The notes under the pieces: model-generated
The model's input: only the letters and a program-made list of their open reading frames with translations
Databases searched by the model: none
What the model was told of the DNA's origin: nothing
Program-made: the position numbers and the translations under genes
Shown here: positions 49,517 to 60,988 of the stretch, one piece after another
How the letters are laid out: each line of letters begins with the position of its first letter
Numbering within the stretch: position 1 is the stretch's first letter
NCBI RefSeq assembly: GCF_002105155.1
Contig: NW_019028982.1
Coordinates: 744,001-808,000 of the forward strand
Direction: 5' to 3'
DNA: 64,000 nt
DNA from: Lobosporangium transversale
Taxonomy: Eukaryota

Positions 49517-50377
49517 GGGCAGGTATTCGCCGCCGATGGGCTTGAGGAAGTTGGAGATGCGCTGAATGATGGAAAGTAGATGAAATGAAAGAAGGGGAGA
49601 TGAAAGAGTGATGAAGTAGAATGCAATAACGTTAATGAAAAAAAAGGCGGGAGATGGTGTTGTATGCTATGCTTGTGCTTCGAGTGAAAGCATTTTAAGA
49701 CAAAGTGTAACAAAACAGAGGGAAATGAAATTCTTGGACAAGCCGTGTGGAATCACAGAAATAGCTCAAATTACATCAACAATTTCCCAGTGACAAGCAA
49801 GGAGAACAAGGTTCGTTGGCGCCATATTCGCTTTAGATACTGACAGGATGGCCCTTATTTTTAATTGAGTTTATTATGATGGGCCTAGTTTTGGCTGGTC
49901 ATCGATTTGCTGCTGACAAAACCAGTTTCAAGGCTACGTTCAACAAACAGCATTTTTTATTCTAGGAGTGACATCGGCAGCGTGCACATAAATGTGCGCT
50001 TTGTCCAATGCATTGGAACAAATCAGCATTTTTAGTGTTTGGAGGGTATGTTTGCAATAGTGCTATAAGTAGGTACACAATCCAACATACTTGGGTAGAA
50101 CCATTGTTTCAATGGCTCCTCTACTTGGCTCAATCTAATTGATCCAAACCAAAGTGTCCTGTTAGATTTTCTGTGTGTTACACAAAAAAGGTGTCGACTT
50201 ATGCAAGAACATCGCAAAATATAATGCTGCGCCACAAGCAAGCAGCCTGTTAAATATCGCTCACGCCTCCAACCATTTTCTTTACCCCTTTTTTTCACCA
50301 TCATTCCCTTTTCTCTTTCCTCTTTCCTCTTTCCTCTTTCAACTCTCTCTCTTTTAATTTAAGCAACAAAAAAGAAA

Positions 50378-53359
50378 ATGCAAATATTCATTTGTGGACT
50401 TTCTTCTGTGGGCAATCATAACAAATATCTGCCCTTAGTTGACATCAAAGCCCACACAGAGATCCTGGCCCTCAACTCTCGCACGAAACTCACTCAAACT
50501 TTCATCAATCCGTCTAATGACACCATTCCTGAATTACAATACACTTTCCCTCTTTACGATGGTGTCAGTGTCGTCAGTTTCAATTGCCAAATTGGTGATA
50601 GGTTCATTAAAGGTCAAGTTAAGGAACGATTCCAGGCCAGAACTGAATTTAATGACGCTGTCGGCCAGGGCAAGGCTGCCGCGCTTTTGGAGCAGCTTCC
50701 CGATGCGTCGGATGTCTTCACTAGCTCGGTTGGTAATGCGCCTCCAGGGTCGACCATTCTTGTCGAGATCACGTTCATTGGTGAGCTCAAACACGATGCG
50801 GAAATCGATGGTACTCGTTTCACTATCCCCACGAAAATCATGCCGCGGTATGGCCATTATCCAGTTGAGCTCTACACGGGTGCCCATGCCCAAAAGGCTA
50901 CAGGGGGTGGCCTTCAGGTCACAGTTGATATTATCATGCCCGACCAAAAACCTATTCAACAAATCCAATCACCTAGTCACCCTATTGCTGTTTCTATCGG
51001 CACCACTTCTATCGCTCCCAACGCCACGCCCACCATGTCTAAAGCATCAGCAACACTCAGTCTTGGTACAGCAGAACTGGATAAAGATTTCGTCATTCAT
51101 GTCTTGGCCAAGGACACAGGCGATCCTAGTGCTATCCTTGAAACCCATCCTTCTATTCCTAACCAGCGGGCTCTGATGACCACGCTTGTCCCTCGGTTTC
51201 AACTTCCTCCAGAGAAACCAGAAATTATCTTTGTCTGCGACCGCAGCGGTAGTATGCACGGAACAGCAATGTCATTAGCAAGATCAGCATTAAATGTCTT
51301 CTTGAAGAGCTTGCCTGTCGGTGTAAAGTTCAACATTTGCTCTTTCGGCAGCAACTACTCCTTCCTCTGGGATAAAAGCCAGATATATTCTCAAAACACA
51401 TTAGATCAAGCTATCAATTATGTAAAGGAGATGGAGGCCAACATGGGGGGCACGGAGATGTTTCCGTGTATCAAAGCGACAGTGGAAAAACGAAGCCAGG
51501 ATATGCCTCTGGAGATCATGTTGCTTACCGATGGTGAGATATGGAACCAAGATCAGCTCTTTTCGTACTTGAATAAAGAGGTTATGGAGAGCAAGATGCC
51601 AATCCGCGTCTTTACTTTGGGTGTTGGTAATGGTGTCTCTCATGCACTGATCGAAGGTGTTGCCAAGGCTGGAAATGGGTTCTCGCAGACTGTGGGCGAA
51701 GGCGAAATGATGGACAAGAAGGTGGTTCGCATGCTCAAGGGTGCACTCTCACCTCACTTTACCAATTACACACTGGAGGTGAAGTACGGCGATGCTACCG
51801 AAGAGAACAGCGGCAAGGTAGATGAGGATGACGAAGGGTTTGAGATGGTTGAAAGAGTGACAGACAGCCTTGAAGTCAAACTAAATATTACGAAGGAAAA
51901 GAAGCCGATTTCTCTCTTTGACAAGTCTATTGACCTTGATAAGACCCCCTCCGATGGCGATGAGGATCTGCCACAATTGGCTCCTCCAAAGCTGCTGCAG
52001 GCGCCACATGTCATTCCTCCACTCTACGCTTTCAACCGAACAACTGTATACCTCCTCATGGGCCCTGGATCCAACCCAAGGACTCCAAAATCTGTAATCC
52101 TTCGCGGAGAGTCATGGAGAGGCCCACTTGAGCTTGAAATCCCCATCCAAGTCCTTGATACTCCTGGAGAAACCATTCACCAGATGGCTGCCAAGAAGGC
52201 TATTGCAGAACTTGAACAGGGCCGTGGCTGGGTTACTCAGGCCAAGGACGACAAGGGCACTTTAATCAAGGCCAAATTTGGTGGAGCGGTTTTTGAACGC
52301 TTGGTTGAAAAAGAGGCAGTTCGCTTAGGTATTCAATTCCAAATTCAAAGTGAATGGTGTTCATTCGTTGGAGTCGAAAATACGCCCCAGAGTGAAGCAG
52401 CAAACAATAATAGCAACAGAAACTGGGATATTTTCTCTCCGCCGGCCTGCAGGGACATTGATCAGAATTTAATCCAAGCCAGAGGAGTAGGATCAGGCTT
52501 GGGTCATTTTCAGAGCTTTGGCTACTCTGCAAATGGTTCAGTGGGGTTAGCTTATCCTAGACTTAGAGGCGGTGCCCTGCCTATGGCATATACGGCACCC
52601 ATGGCTCAGGCTCAACAACAGGCTCAACAGCCTCAAATATCATACAGAGGTAGCGATTTCGTGACAGGCTTTGGCGCCGCAGCTTGTCAACCTCCACCCC
52701 CACCGCCAGCTCCAGGGTCTGGAATGACATTTGGTTCGGCACCAACCACTTTTGGAAGTTTTGGTTCGGCTCCAGCCACTTTTGGATCAGGCTTCGGTTC
52801 AGCCTCAATCGCTTTTGGAGCAACAACATCAGCCGCTTCTGGAGTACCACCAACCACGTTTGACGCAGCCCCAGCTGCTTTTGGATCGGCCTCAACCGCT
52901 TTTGGAGCATCACCAATCACGTTTGGCGCAGCCCCAACTGCTTTTGGATCGGCCTCAACTACTTTTGGAAAAGGTTTTGGTGCGGCTAAAACAATAGTTA
53001 CAACAACTTCATTTTCTCCAGTTGCTGCTACTGCAGAGAACCATTTGGAAACGTTACTCTCCTTACAAACATTTGAGGGGTCCTGGGAATGGAAACCTGA
53101 GCTGTTTTCGTGCCTTGGCCTTAAACCTGATGATGTTTCACAAAACTTGATAGCCAAGGGCATTAGAGATAATAGCTCTTCTTTATTGGCGACATTTGTG
53201 GCTACTGCTCTATCAATCAAGTTCTTTGAGAAAAAGTTGGGTAAGGAGAAGGATGTCTGGGATTTGGTTGTTCAAAAGGCAAGATCATGGATAGAGTCTC
53301 ATATAGGAGAGACTCACACAGAAGAACTCTTGAACAATGTCGATGAACTGATTGAGTAA
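50378..53359 (+). CDS. VIT + vWA domain protein (VWA5A/PARP4-like), 993 aa, intronless
   Basis: VIT: LTQTFINPS..YTFPLYDGVSVVSF..AAALLEQ..DVFTSSVGN. vWA MIDAS DRSGSM..GGTEM..LLTDGE..FTLGVG. C-terminal LQTFEGSW domain. Confidence 0.9.
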   Translation: MQIFICGLSSVGNHNKYLPLVDIKAHTEILALNSRTKLTQTFINPSNDTIPELQYTFPLYDGVSVVSFNCQIGDRFIKGQVKERFQARTEFNDAVGQGKAAALLEQLPDASDVFTSSVGNAPPGSTILVEITFIGELKHDAEIDGTRFTIPTKIMPRYGHYPVELYTGAHAQKATGGGLQVTVDIIMPDQKPIQQIQSPSHPIAVSIGTTSIAPNATPTMSKASATLSLGTAELDKDFVIHVLAKDTGDPSAILETHPSIPNQRALMTTLVPRFQLPPEKPEIIFVCDRSGSMHGTAMSLARSALNVFLKSLPVGVKFNICSFGSNYSFLWDKSQIYSQNTLDQAINYVKEMEANMGGTEMFPCIKATVEKRSQDMPLEIMLLTDGEIWNQDQLFSYLNKEVMESKMPIRVFTLGVGNGVSHALIEGVAKAGNGFSQTVGEGEMMDKKVVRMLKGALSPHFTNYTLEVKYGDATEENSGKVDEDDEGFEMVERVTDSLEVKLNITKEKKPISLFDKSIDLDKTPSDGDEDLPQLAPPKLLQAPHVIPPLYAFNRTTVYLLMGPGSNPRTPKSVILRGESWRGPLELEIPIQVLDTPGETIHQMAAKKAIAELEQGRGWVTQAKDDKGTLIKAKFGGAVFERLVEKEAVRLGIQFQIQSEWCSFVGVENTPQSEAANNNSNRNWDIFSPPACRDIDQNLIQARGVGSGLGHFQSFGYSANGSVGLAYPRLRGGALPMAYTAPMAQAQQQAQQPQISYRGSDFVTGFGAAACQPPPPPPAPGSGMTFGSAPTTFGSFGSAPATFGSGFGSASIAFGATTSAASGVPPTTFDAAPAAFGSASTAFGASPITFGAAPTAFGSASTTFGKGFGAAKTIVTTTSFSPVAATAENHLETLLSLQTFEGSWEWKPELFSCLGLKPDDVSQNLIAKGIRDNSSSLLATFVATALSIKFFEKKLGKEKDVWDLVVQKARSWIESHIGETHTEELLNNVDELIE
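52725..52985 (+). repeat. Degenerate 7-aa (21-bp) FG-containing coding repeats
   Basis: TFGSAPT/TFGS/AFGSAST/AFGASPI/TFGAAPT units; recurring ttttggatcggcctcaac in the DNA. Confidence 0.85.
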
Positions 53360-53869
53360 GAATGGCAATAGCAATAATAGTAATAACGAGACTAATAATA
53401 TGATAGTACGTTAAATAATATTCATCTGAACAATAAATCCCAATGGGCTAGTTATGGTCACAGAAATCATTTGATGATAATTCTCCATGACGACAAAAGC
53501 AAGTTTAGAAAAATTCTCGACCATCCTAGGTTGTTAAAATCTGGCGTGGACACTATTCCTGAAGTTTGCCTGTACAATGTCCTCGGCGATCCTAGTCACT
53601 TCTCCCGGTATGATCTTCCTCCAGAGGAACCATCCAAGCATCGGATAAATAGACAAAGTGAGACACTTAAAACTGAGCAGTCCTTGTATGACACAAACAG
53701 TAATTTTGAGTTTTGTAGCCAATACAAGTGTTCCTTCCATTCACAGAATCATTTTCCTCACTTGTTCATGATGTTGGTGTATAATGATCACTACTTTATG
53801 CATCATGGATTCAAAATCATTAAACACTTTGCAAATGAGTCTTAGTCTAGAATCAACAAAAACTTTTTT

Positions 53870-54781
53870 TTATTCGATCTTTTGATCATGGTATTTCAAT
53901 TCTTCCTCTGTCAAAACAATACCAAAGTATTTCTCTAGTGCATCCAATCGATCCTGCTCCTTGGTGAAGACGATTGTTTCTACGTTGCCTGTAGCTGTCC
54001 GGATCTTGAATTGCTTGTCCAGCAGCATATATATCTTGCCATCCAATGTGGCCTGAACACACCAGAATGAAGAGTAGAATACGGATTTGGGTGAATGACA
54101 GGTATAAAAGTTGCCCATCTCGCAATCAATCTCATAAAATTGATCCTCCGTAAACGCATAGCATGGAACCCACTTGTCCTCACCCAAGTATTCTTCCATC
54201 AACCAAAGCTGCTGAGGAGGATTTCCTAACAATTCCGGTTGTGCCTCATTATGGACGGTCTTGCTCATACGACGCTTATGTCCAAAATATTCGACTACAG
54301 CACCTTCTTTCAACGGGATTGGGTAGAATGAAGTATTGCCGAAGCCAATGTCGAACAGGTATTTGGATCCATCCTTCAATCGCACGATGGACACTCGATG
54401 AGAGAGCATCTGGAAACGAATGGGATCACCGTAATTCAAAGGCTTACAGACACGAGCTATCGTGAACTGAACTGTAAATCCAAGGCCCCGAAGGAGTTCA
54501 TACGCAAGTTTGTTGAGAGAAAAACACCATCCACCACGGTGCTGATTGATGATGCGATCGTAAATCCCTTGAAGAGTGATATCTACTTCACGAGCCTTTG
54601 TTAACCGTAAACTCAAAGTTTCAAATGGGATTGATGTGACGCATCGGTATTCCAGTTCACGAAGGGTCTCATATGTTGGCTTGGGTAATTCATCCGGATT
54701 TTCTAGTGGGTAATTAATGTGTCGAAGAATATTGAAGAGTTGCTCACGGGTGAACTGTTCCTGACTCACTGCAACTGTCAT
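53870..54781 (-). CDS. Arylamine N-acetyltransferase family protein, 303 aa, intronless
   Basis: IPFETL, RGGWCFSLN (catalytic Cys), SHR (His) and FDIGFG (Asp) triad; C-terminal LEKYFGI. Confidence 0.9.
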   Translation of the reverse strand: MTVAVSQEQFTREQLFNILRHINYPLENPDELPKPTYETLRELEYRCVTSIPFETLSLRLTKAREVDITLQGIYDRIINQHRGGWCFSLNKLAYELLRGLGFTVQFTIARVCKPLNYGDPIRFQMLSHRVSIVRLKDGSKYLFDIGFGNTSFYPIPLKEGAVVEYFGHKRRMSKTVHNEAQPELLGNPPQQLWLMEEYLGEDKWVPCYAFTEDQFYEIDCEMGNFYTCHSPKSVFYSSFWCVQATLDGKIYMLLDKQFKIRTATGNVETIVFTKEQDRLDALEKYFGIVLTEEELKYHDQKIE

Positions 54782-54998
54782 GGAGGCTGTAATTATGAAA
54801 GATATAGAGGATAAAGATGAAAATGAGTGAAGAGAAAAAAAAAGAAAATGAAAAAAGAAAGATAATTTTTGACGAAATGAAATGAGCTTGAACTGAACTT
54901 GGGAGATTCTGCGATCTTTTTAACGTGTTCTAGTCTTATCGATCAGCGCCGTGAAATCTTACAAATGTCAAATGTTTAATTAGAGTTGCACTGAGGCT

Positions 54999-55081
54999 TA
55001 GCACGATTCCGCAGTTTTTTTTTTTTTTTTTTTTTTTTTTTGATAACAAGGACCCTCAGGGTAGCACGATTCCGCAGTTTT
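54999..55081. promoter_or_regulatory. Duplicated 20-bp element in the divergent NAT / PEPM-like intergenic region
   Basis: tagcacgattccgcagtttt at 54999 and at 55062. Confidence 0.5.
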
Positions 55082-55376
55082 ATGTCAGCAAGAGGAACAT
55101 TTTTTTTTTCTCTCTCTCTGGGGAAACGACTACGCAGCTCCCTTTTGACAAAAAACTTCAACGGACTGTGACTCAATCCACAAATATTGGCAGGAACATC
55201 GTCAATTGACAATCTATCTCTTTCCAGGAACACAGAAAAACCCTATTTAAGGCATCAAGTGGATCAGTCTCTTTTTTTCCTTTTCATTATTATTTGTTTC
55301 CCACGCTCTTCCCTGATACCAAAGCACTTTCAAATACACATACCAAAGAAAAATAAACCCCTCCCACCTAGAAACC

Positions 55377-56153
55377 ATGTCTCCTTCTGATCAAAACGCC
55401 GTTGCTACTCACTTCCGCGCTCTTCACAAGCCTGGAAACCCCTTGATCCTCGGCAATGTCTATGATGCTGCCACTGCATCCATCATAGTTTCTGTCCCTT
55501 CAGCTAAGGCTGTTGCCACTGCCAGTTTTGCTATTGCTGCAGCAGAGGGCGTTAATGACGAAGATCTGACGCGTGAGCAGAACTTTGCTGCTATCAAAAA
55601 GATTGCTGCTGTAGTTGTTCCCAAGAACTTGCCCTTGACCGCAGACCTATAAGATGGATATGACGATGTCAAAGCCACGATCAAGGAGGCCATCGCACTA
55701 GGCGTTGTAGGATGCAATTTGGAGGATGTTGACAATAAGACCCATACGTTGAGGACTTCGGAGGATGCAGTCCATCGAATCAAGTTGGCGCTTGAGGCCG
55801 CTAAAGAGGCTGGTGTACCTGAATTTGCTGTCAATGCCAGGACAGATGTCTTGGGCTATGGTGGTTCAGTTGAAGATGCGATTGAGAGAGGGAAAGCTTT
55901 TTTGGCTGCTGGGGCCAACACAGTCTTCGTATGGGGTGGGCCTCGTGGTCGTGGCGTCTCACGAGAGGAAGTCAAGGAGCTTGCCACCGCATTGGATGGG
56001 CGATTGAATGTCCTTCTACGTTTCGGTGAGGGCTACTTGACGGTCCAAGAGCTGAGGGAGATTGGCGTTGCTCGTATTAGTGTGGGACCAGGTCTTTTCA
56101 GAATTGCCACGAATGCGTACAGGGAAGCAGCCGAGTCACTCCTTGGAGCCTAA
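55377..56153 (+). pseudogene. ICL/PEP-mutase superfamily enzyme interrupted by one in-frame TAA at 55650-55652
   Basis: NVYDAATA, ATASFAIA, TADL*DGY, GCNLED, NARTD, AGANTVFV and GVARIS all lie in a single frame. Confidence 0.8.
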
Positions 56154-56523
56154 GTAGTCATAATCGACACATATAAGGGTGTGACAAGTAGTCCTCTGCT
56201 AACAAAAGAATAAAATTTATAATTTAGTCAATCGCACTTTGTCGTTGGCGGGTATAGAAATTTGGTTAGCACCGTGGCTCTATAATATTCATGGATGCTG
56301 GCATGCATCTTTTGACGAGCCTCGAACAGAATATTGCCTAGTCAGGCTTATGTAGCTTTGATTCCATAAAACTCATGAACCCTCAGCTGTACCGTGGCCC
56401 TAAGTGAACTTACTTCCTTTAGGGAGCCGAGAAACACTATTTAATAGCAATGCTTCTCATTATCTGCTATGCGATATTGTAGCCATTCCCACTGGCTTCA
56501 GGAAAATTCAGGGTTCTTTCAAA

Positions 56524-56615
56524 ATGGATGGTAGTGTAGCCCTTGAACTACTTCGAGATTCCTATCCTCAAAGGCAGTATCTGTGCTAAGGTGTGCAGGC
56601 AATGGCGCCTTTGAG
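56524..56615 (+). pseudogene. F-box gene relic
   Basis: MDGSVALELL followed, after a frameshift, by SICAKVCRQWR and a stop; resembles the F-box C..VC+.W motif. Confidence 0.35.
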
Positions 56616-57489
56616 TCATCAAAAGTCGCTCGATTTGGTCATAAACTGCATTACTCAAAATAAAACTGTACATTGCGTTCAAACCTCTATTCAAAAGCAA
56701 ATTACTCCTCGGCAAGCGTCTTGTACATGCCTTGATTTGTAAGGTCATTGTGATATAATGGCTAGGAAACAACGTATTGGCATGACATACCTACTCATAT
56801 CATCACAATAGCATAAGATTCAGGATAAAATGAAGTTGAAATGTGTTGTCTCATCTCCCGTACAGTGAATAATAATAAAAACTGCACTTAAAAACCTGCA
56901 GTTTCTTTTGTCACAACATCACTTGCATGGTGGAAGAGTATGATCGAAACTGTGGAGCCAAAAACCACGCTTTGGTCTTTTCTTCAGTACTAAACAATAT
57001 GCATGCCAAGGACATGATACTGTATGTAATGTCGGTAATGCCGGGGGAAAAACAGAGAGTGTGAGTGTCAAGCCATTTCAACCAATCAAAGAAACAGTAG
57101 TATAATTTTATCATGGTTTAACTGAGGCATGTTCTGATCGCAAAATAACTATTGCACTTACTCCTCTGAACAATGATCGAAGTTATATACTTACTTTATT
57201 TGCCTTCGTAACCTTAGCTGTCAAGCTAGTAGATACGCTGTGTTTTTTCATCCCCTTGTCTTTCTCAAAAATGAAGGGAAAAAAATCAGGGGAAATGATA
57301 TGGATCGATTATTTTTTATTATCTTTATTATTATCTTATTTTTCATATCCTTTTAACCACTCACAATGGACTTAATGTTACTTCGCCAAATAGCAAAACA
57401 ACCAATGTAATCTACCGCATGCCCCGTAGCTTCCTTTTTTTCTTTTTTCTAGTGATTCATGCAAGACCTACGCGTAGAAAGTTTGTTTG

Positions 57490-57531
<42 letters not shown>

Positions 57532-58116
57532 AATGATTATTGCCATGCGTTATCCATGCTGGTATGCTCATGAGGTGGTGCTTTTTTTTTTTTTTTTTTC
57601 CTTTCCACTATCCTTTGTGTAACAAATCTTATCACATTCTTTGTGCAGAGAAGCATGGACCATTACACGCACAATAACAGGATTTTGGCAAAGCTTTTCT
57701 TTTTTTCCTTCAAGTAAGGGGTGGAAATGTAGGAAGCTAGAGTTGGCCAATGGAAAATAACCGTGCTTCGCCTTGCTGTGCCGAATTCGCCTTTCGTAGA
57801 ACTATTGCAACATAGGCAATAGAGCTCTAGGCGCTACATCTTTAACTTTCCTGAAAAGTAACAAACTGACCTGTCTTGGCATTTTCATACCCCCTCCCCT
57901 GGATAAATGTGCTACAACATACCAATAAGGAAGGTAAAGAGTCAATGTAGCTATATGCATTTATATACTACAAACAACATCATTTTTACTGAGAATATAA
58001 GAACTGCTTCTTTGTGTTTTTGAATCTTGTCTCTCACAAATAAGCAATCCATTAAAAAAAGAAAAAGAAAAAAAATGGCCCTTTCTTCTCCCATTCCTCT
58101 CTCCCCTCTTCACGAA

Positions 58117-59067
58117 ATGATGGAAAAAGAATCCACCACTAAATTCATTCCAGATGTCGAAAAAGAGCTGGAGGAAATCAAGGTCTTCCTAGTCGAATCA
58201 CTTAAAGAGGTTGAGGACTATCTTAACAAGCTCACCGTTTCTCTTTATAGAAGCACCACTTGTGAGTTACAGGTCTTGACAAAAGACCTCTTGGATATTG
58301 TGGAACGATATTACAACCGTACACTCCCAGATCTTTGCAAAATCGTTGATCAGATCCGAGCTTTGATGACCCGGTACGAGCACGCTTTCGAAGTCTTCGT
58401 CGATGAAGCCAAAGACACCATTTCGTCCTTACAAGACCTGATCAATATGGTCCCACCTTTACAGAGAGCCCACGAAGAAGCCGCGAACGGCTTTCAAATC
58501 ATTTCTTTCAGGGCGCAAGATCTGATTGACAAATACAACGAGGCCTCTCGCGGTCATACTGAGACTCCACCCGACATAAAATTGTTTCATTTGGGTTAGG
58601 TACTCTTGCTTTTGTGGCCGTACCCTGTTTACCCTTGGCCCCCGTCGCAGGGACGATCAAATTGGCTGGTACCATTGCAGTGATGGCCGCAAGTAGCGGA
58701 AGTGGTGTCTCTGGGTTGGTAGCCAAGTATGACCAAGACTGAGATCTATAGCCAGGGCGTTGCCTACTTGCTGAAGCTGGAAGACTGTAATAGAGGGATC
58801 AAAGAACCCATTGCTGAAATTGGGAACAAGCTCTATGCTTGCAAGAATTTATTAGAAGAGGTGAAGAGCCACAGCAACCTAATCATGGTCGACAAGTATG
58901 CAGTGGATGTTCGGAAAAAAGAATACGAATGCGCGAAATGGAAGGCAGTGGCGATGAAGGAACTCTGTAATAGCATAATGTGCCATACGTATCAGATTTC
59001 CAAGCTTGGAATGACAGCTGAGTTTAAGAGGAAGCAAATCACCGAAGCAGCCTCTGCTGCTATCTGA
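58117..59067 (+). pseudogene. Helical hairpin family copy 1, two frameshifts
   Basis: Homologous to copies 3 and 4. The frame shifts near 58575 (true frame IVSFGLGTLAFVAVP..) and shifts back near 58728. Confidence 0.8.
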
Positions 59068-59197
59068 TATGGTGAATTAGCTATTCTTCTTTGTATATAG
59101 TTGTGTACAGGGACAAGCGTTTATAGGTTTGTTGCCCATATAGTGTCCAATGTGTCGAGGGAATAAAAAGCAAATGATGGCCCTATTGCTCTCCAGA

Positions 59198-59233
<36 letters not shown>

Positions 59234-59632
59234 CAATGCACCTTTGTATAACAAACCCTTTCACGAATTCCTGTGCGAACAATAAACTGGGGCTTCATTT
59301 TTATTTTTTTCCCTCATATCATGGGTAAAATGTAGGAAGTTGCAATACATGTATGGACTGCATTTTGCAGCATCTCCCAAATAGAGTTGAGCAATGAAAA
59401 AAATCATTTGCATATACCATTGGCTTTCACTATCTGCTTCCTTGAATGGTAGTGTTACATGGAAGGCAATGTGTCAATGTAGCTTTATTTATACTACAAA
59501 CAACATCATTTTTACCTATTCCTTCTTTGTCATTTTGATTCTTGTCCCTCACAAATAAGCAATCCATTTTTTTTTTTAAAAAAAAAAAAAGTTCTTCTCC
59601 CTGCTTCCATTCCTCTCCCCCTTCTTCACGAG

Positions 59633-60547
59633 ATGAAGGAAAGAGACTTTAGCTCTACATCTATTCTGGCTATCAAAGAAGAGTTAGAGGTAATCAAGGT
59701 TTCCCTTGGCGAAATCCGTAGATCGGTTGGTGACCATCTTAACGAGCCCGTTGTTTCTCTCCATGGTGCCTCCATTAGTGAAGCAAAGGCCTTGACGATT
59801 GGGTTCTTGGATTGTCTAGTACAATATTCCACGGAAACGCTTCCAGATCTCTACAGGGCCGTTTATCAAATCCAGGCTTTGACGACGCGTTATGAGCACC
59901 CCTTCGAAGTCTTCATTGGTAACGTCAATGACACCATTTCGCCCTTACAAGATCTAATCGATTTGGTTTATTTTTACGGCAAGGTCATAATAAAGCCGTG
60001 GGGCACTTTTTTAACATTTCTCTCAGGGCACAAAGGCTTATTTACAAATACAAGACGGCCTCTCACGGTCACACTTGGAGCGCTAAGGAATACGGAATTA
60101 CTGCCGCTGCGCTGGGCGCCCTTACCATTGGAGTTACAACGCGTCCGCTTGCCATCGCTACACGGACGGTCAAAGTTGCTGCTTACAGCGACGGTCGCTG
60201 GTGTCAGAGGTATTGGTGGTATTTAATGTTTATTGGCATCCGATAATGACGAAGCCATGGATAGGATCTATAACCTGGAAGCCACCAACGTGCAGGAGCT
60301 GGTAAGATGTAGCATTGAGGTCGAAAGGCCTACTGTTGAAATTGGGATCAAACTCGATGCTTGTAGGGAATTACTAGAAGAGATGAAGAGATACAACAAG
60401 TCGATCACTGCCGGCAAGCATTTGGAAGATAGGCAGAAAGTAGAATACAGGCTCGCGAAAGGTGAGGCACTGAATGTGAGGGAACTCTGTGATAGCATAA
60501 TGTATTGTGCGCATCAGATTACCGAGCTCAGAAGTTGTTTGATGTGA
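59633..60547 (+). pseudogene. Helical hairpin family copy 2, multiple frameshifts
   Basis: Homologous pieces spread over ORFs 59633-60226, 59998-60246 and 60233-60547; shifts near 59972, 60185 and 60230. Confidence 0.8.
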
Positions 60548-60713
60548 CAAAATAACTATCTTTATTTGTGTAAGCTGTGTAAAGGAACAAGCGTTTATCG
60601 GTTTTGTTGGCCCTATTGCTCTCCAGAAGTCTTTTTTTTTTTATACAAACTGGGGTTTTATTGTTTATTTTTCCTTCATATCAGGGGTGAATGTTGAAAA
60701 CCACATGTTTATA

Positions 60714-60988
60714 CACTCCAGTCTCACTGTTTTGCAAAATGTGCAAAAAAGTGGATTTTATATACGTTCTGCGATGCTCATTGGCTAAATTCACATTTAA
60801 TTCAAAATATTTATTCTAAAACCACAATTCAATTGGCTGATTTTTTGCTTGTCTTTCTCCTCTTACCCTTTGCCAGCCAATTTAAAATAAAAATTTTTGA
60901 ATTAAATGTGAATCTAGCCAATGAGCATCGCAGAACGTATATAAAATCCACTTTTTTGCACATTTTGCAAAACAGTGAGACTGGAGTG
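60714..60988. mobile_element. 275-bp MITE (Tc1/mariner-pogo type) with about 94-bp TIRs and TA target-site duplication
   Basis: 60714-60807 (CACTCCAGTCTCACTGTTTTGC..) is the reverse complement of 60895-60988 with one mismatch. TA at 60712-60713 and 60989-60990. Paralogous units (about 62463, about 63944) show the empty site. Confidence 0.93.

Noticed and set aside
50439..51176. 245-aa overlapping ORF inside the VIT-vWA gene
   Set aside because: Alternative frame with non-ATG start and no motifs; explained by codon bias of the host gene.
53471..53700. Possible 3'-5' exonuclease fragment (FRKILDHPRLLKSGV)
   Set aside because: Too short, with no start and no other motifs, to support a call.
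53870..56153. Phosphonate biosynthesis cluster (PEP mutase + acetyltransferase)
   Set aside because: The enzyme lacks the EDK-x5-NS motif of true PEP mutases (it has LEDVDNKTHTL), is interrupted by a stop, and no phosphonopyruvate decarboxylase is nearby.
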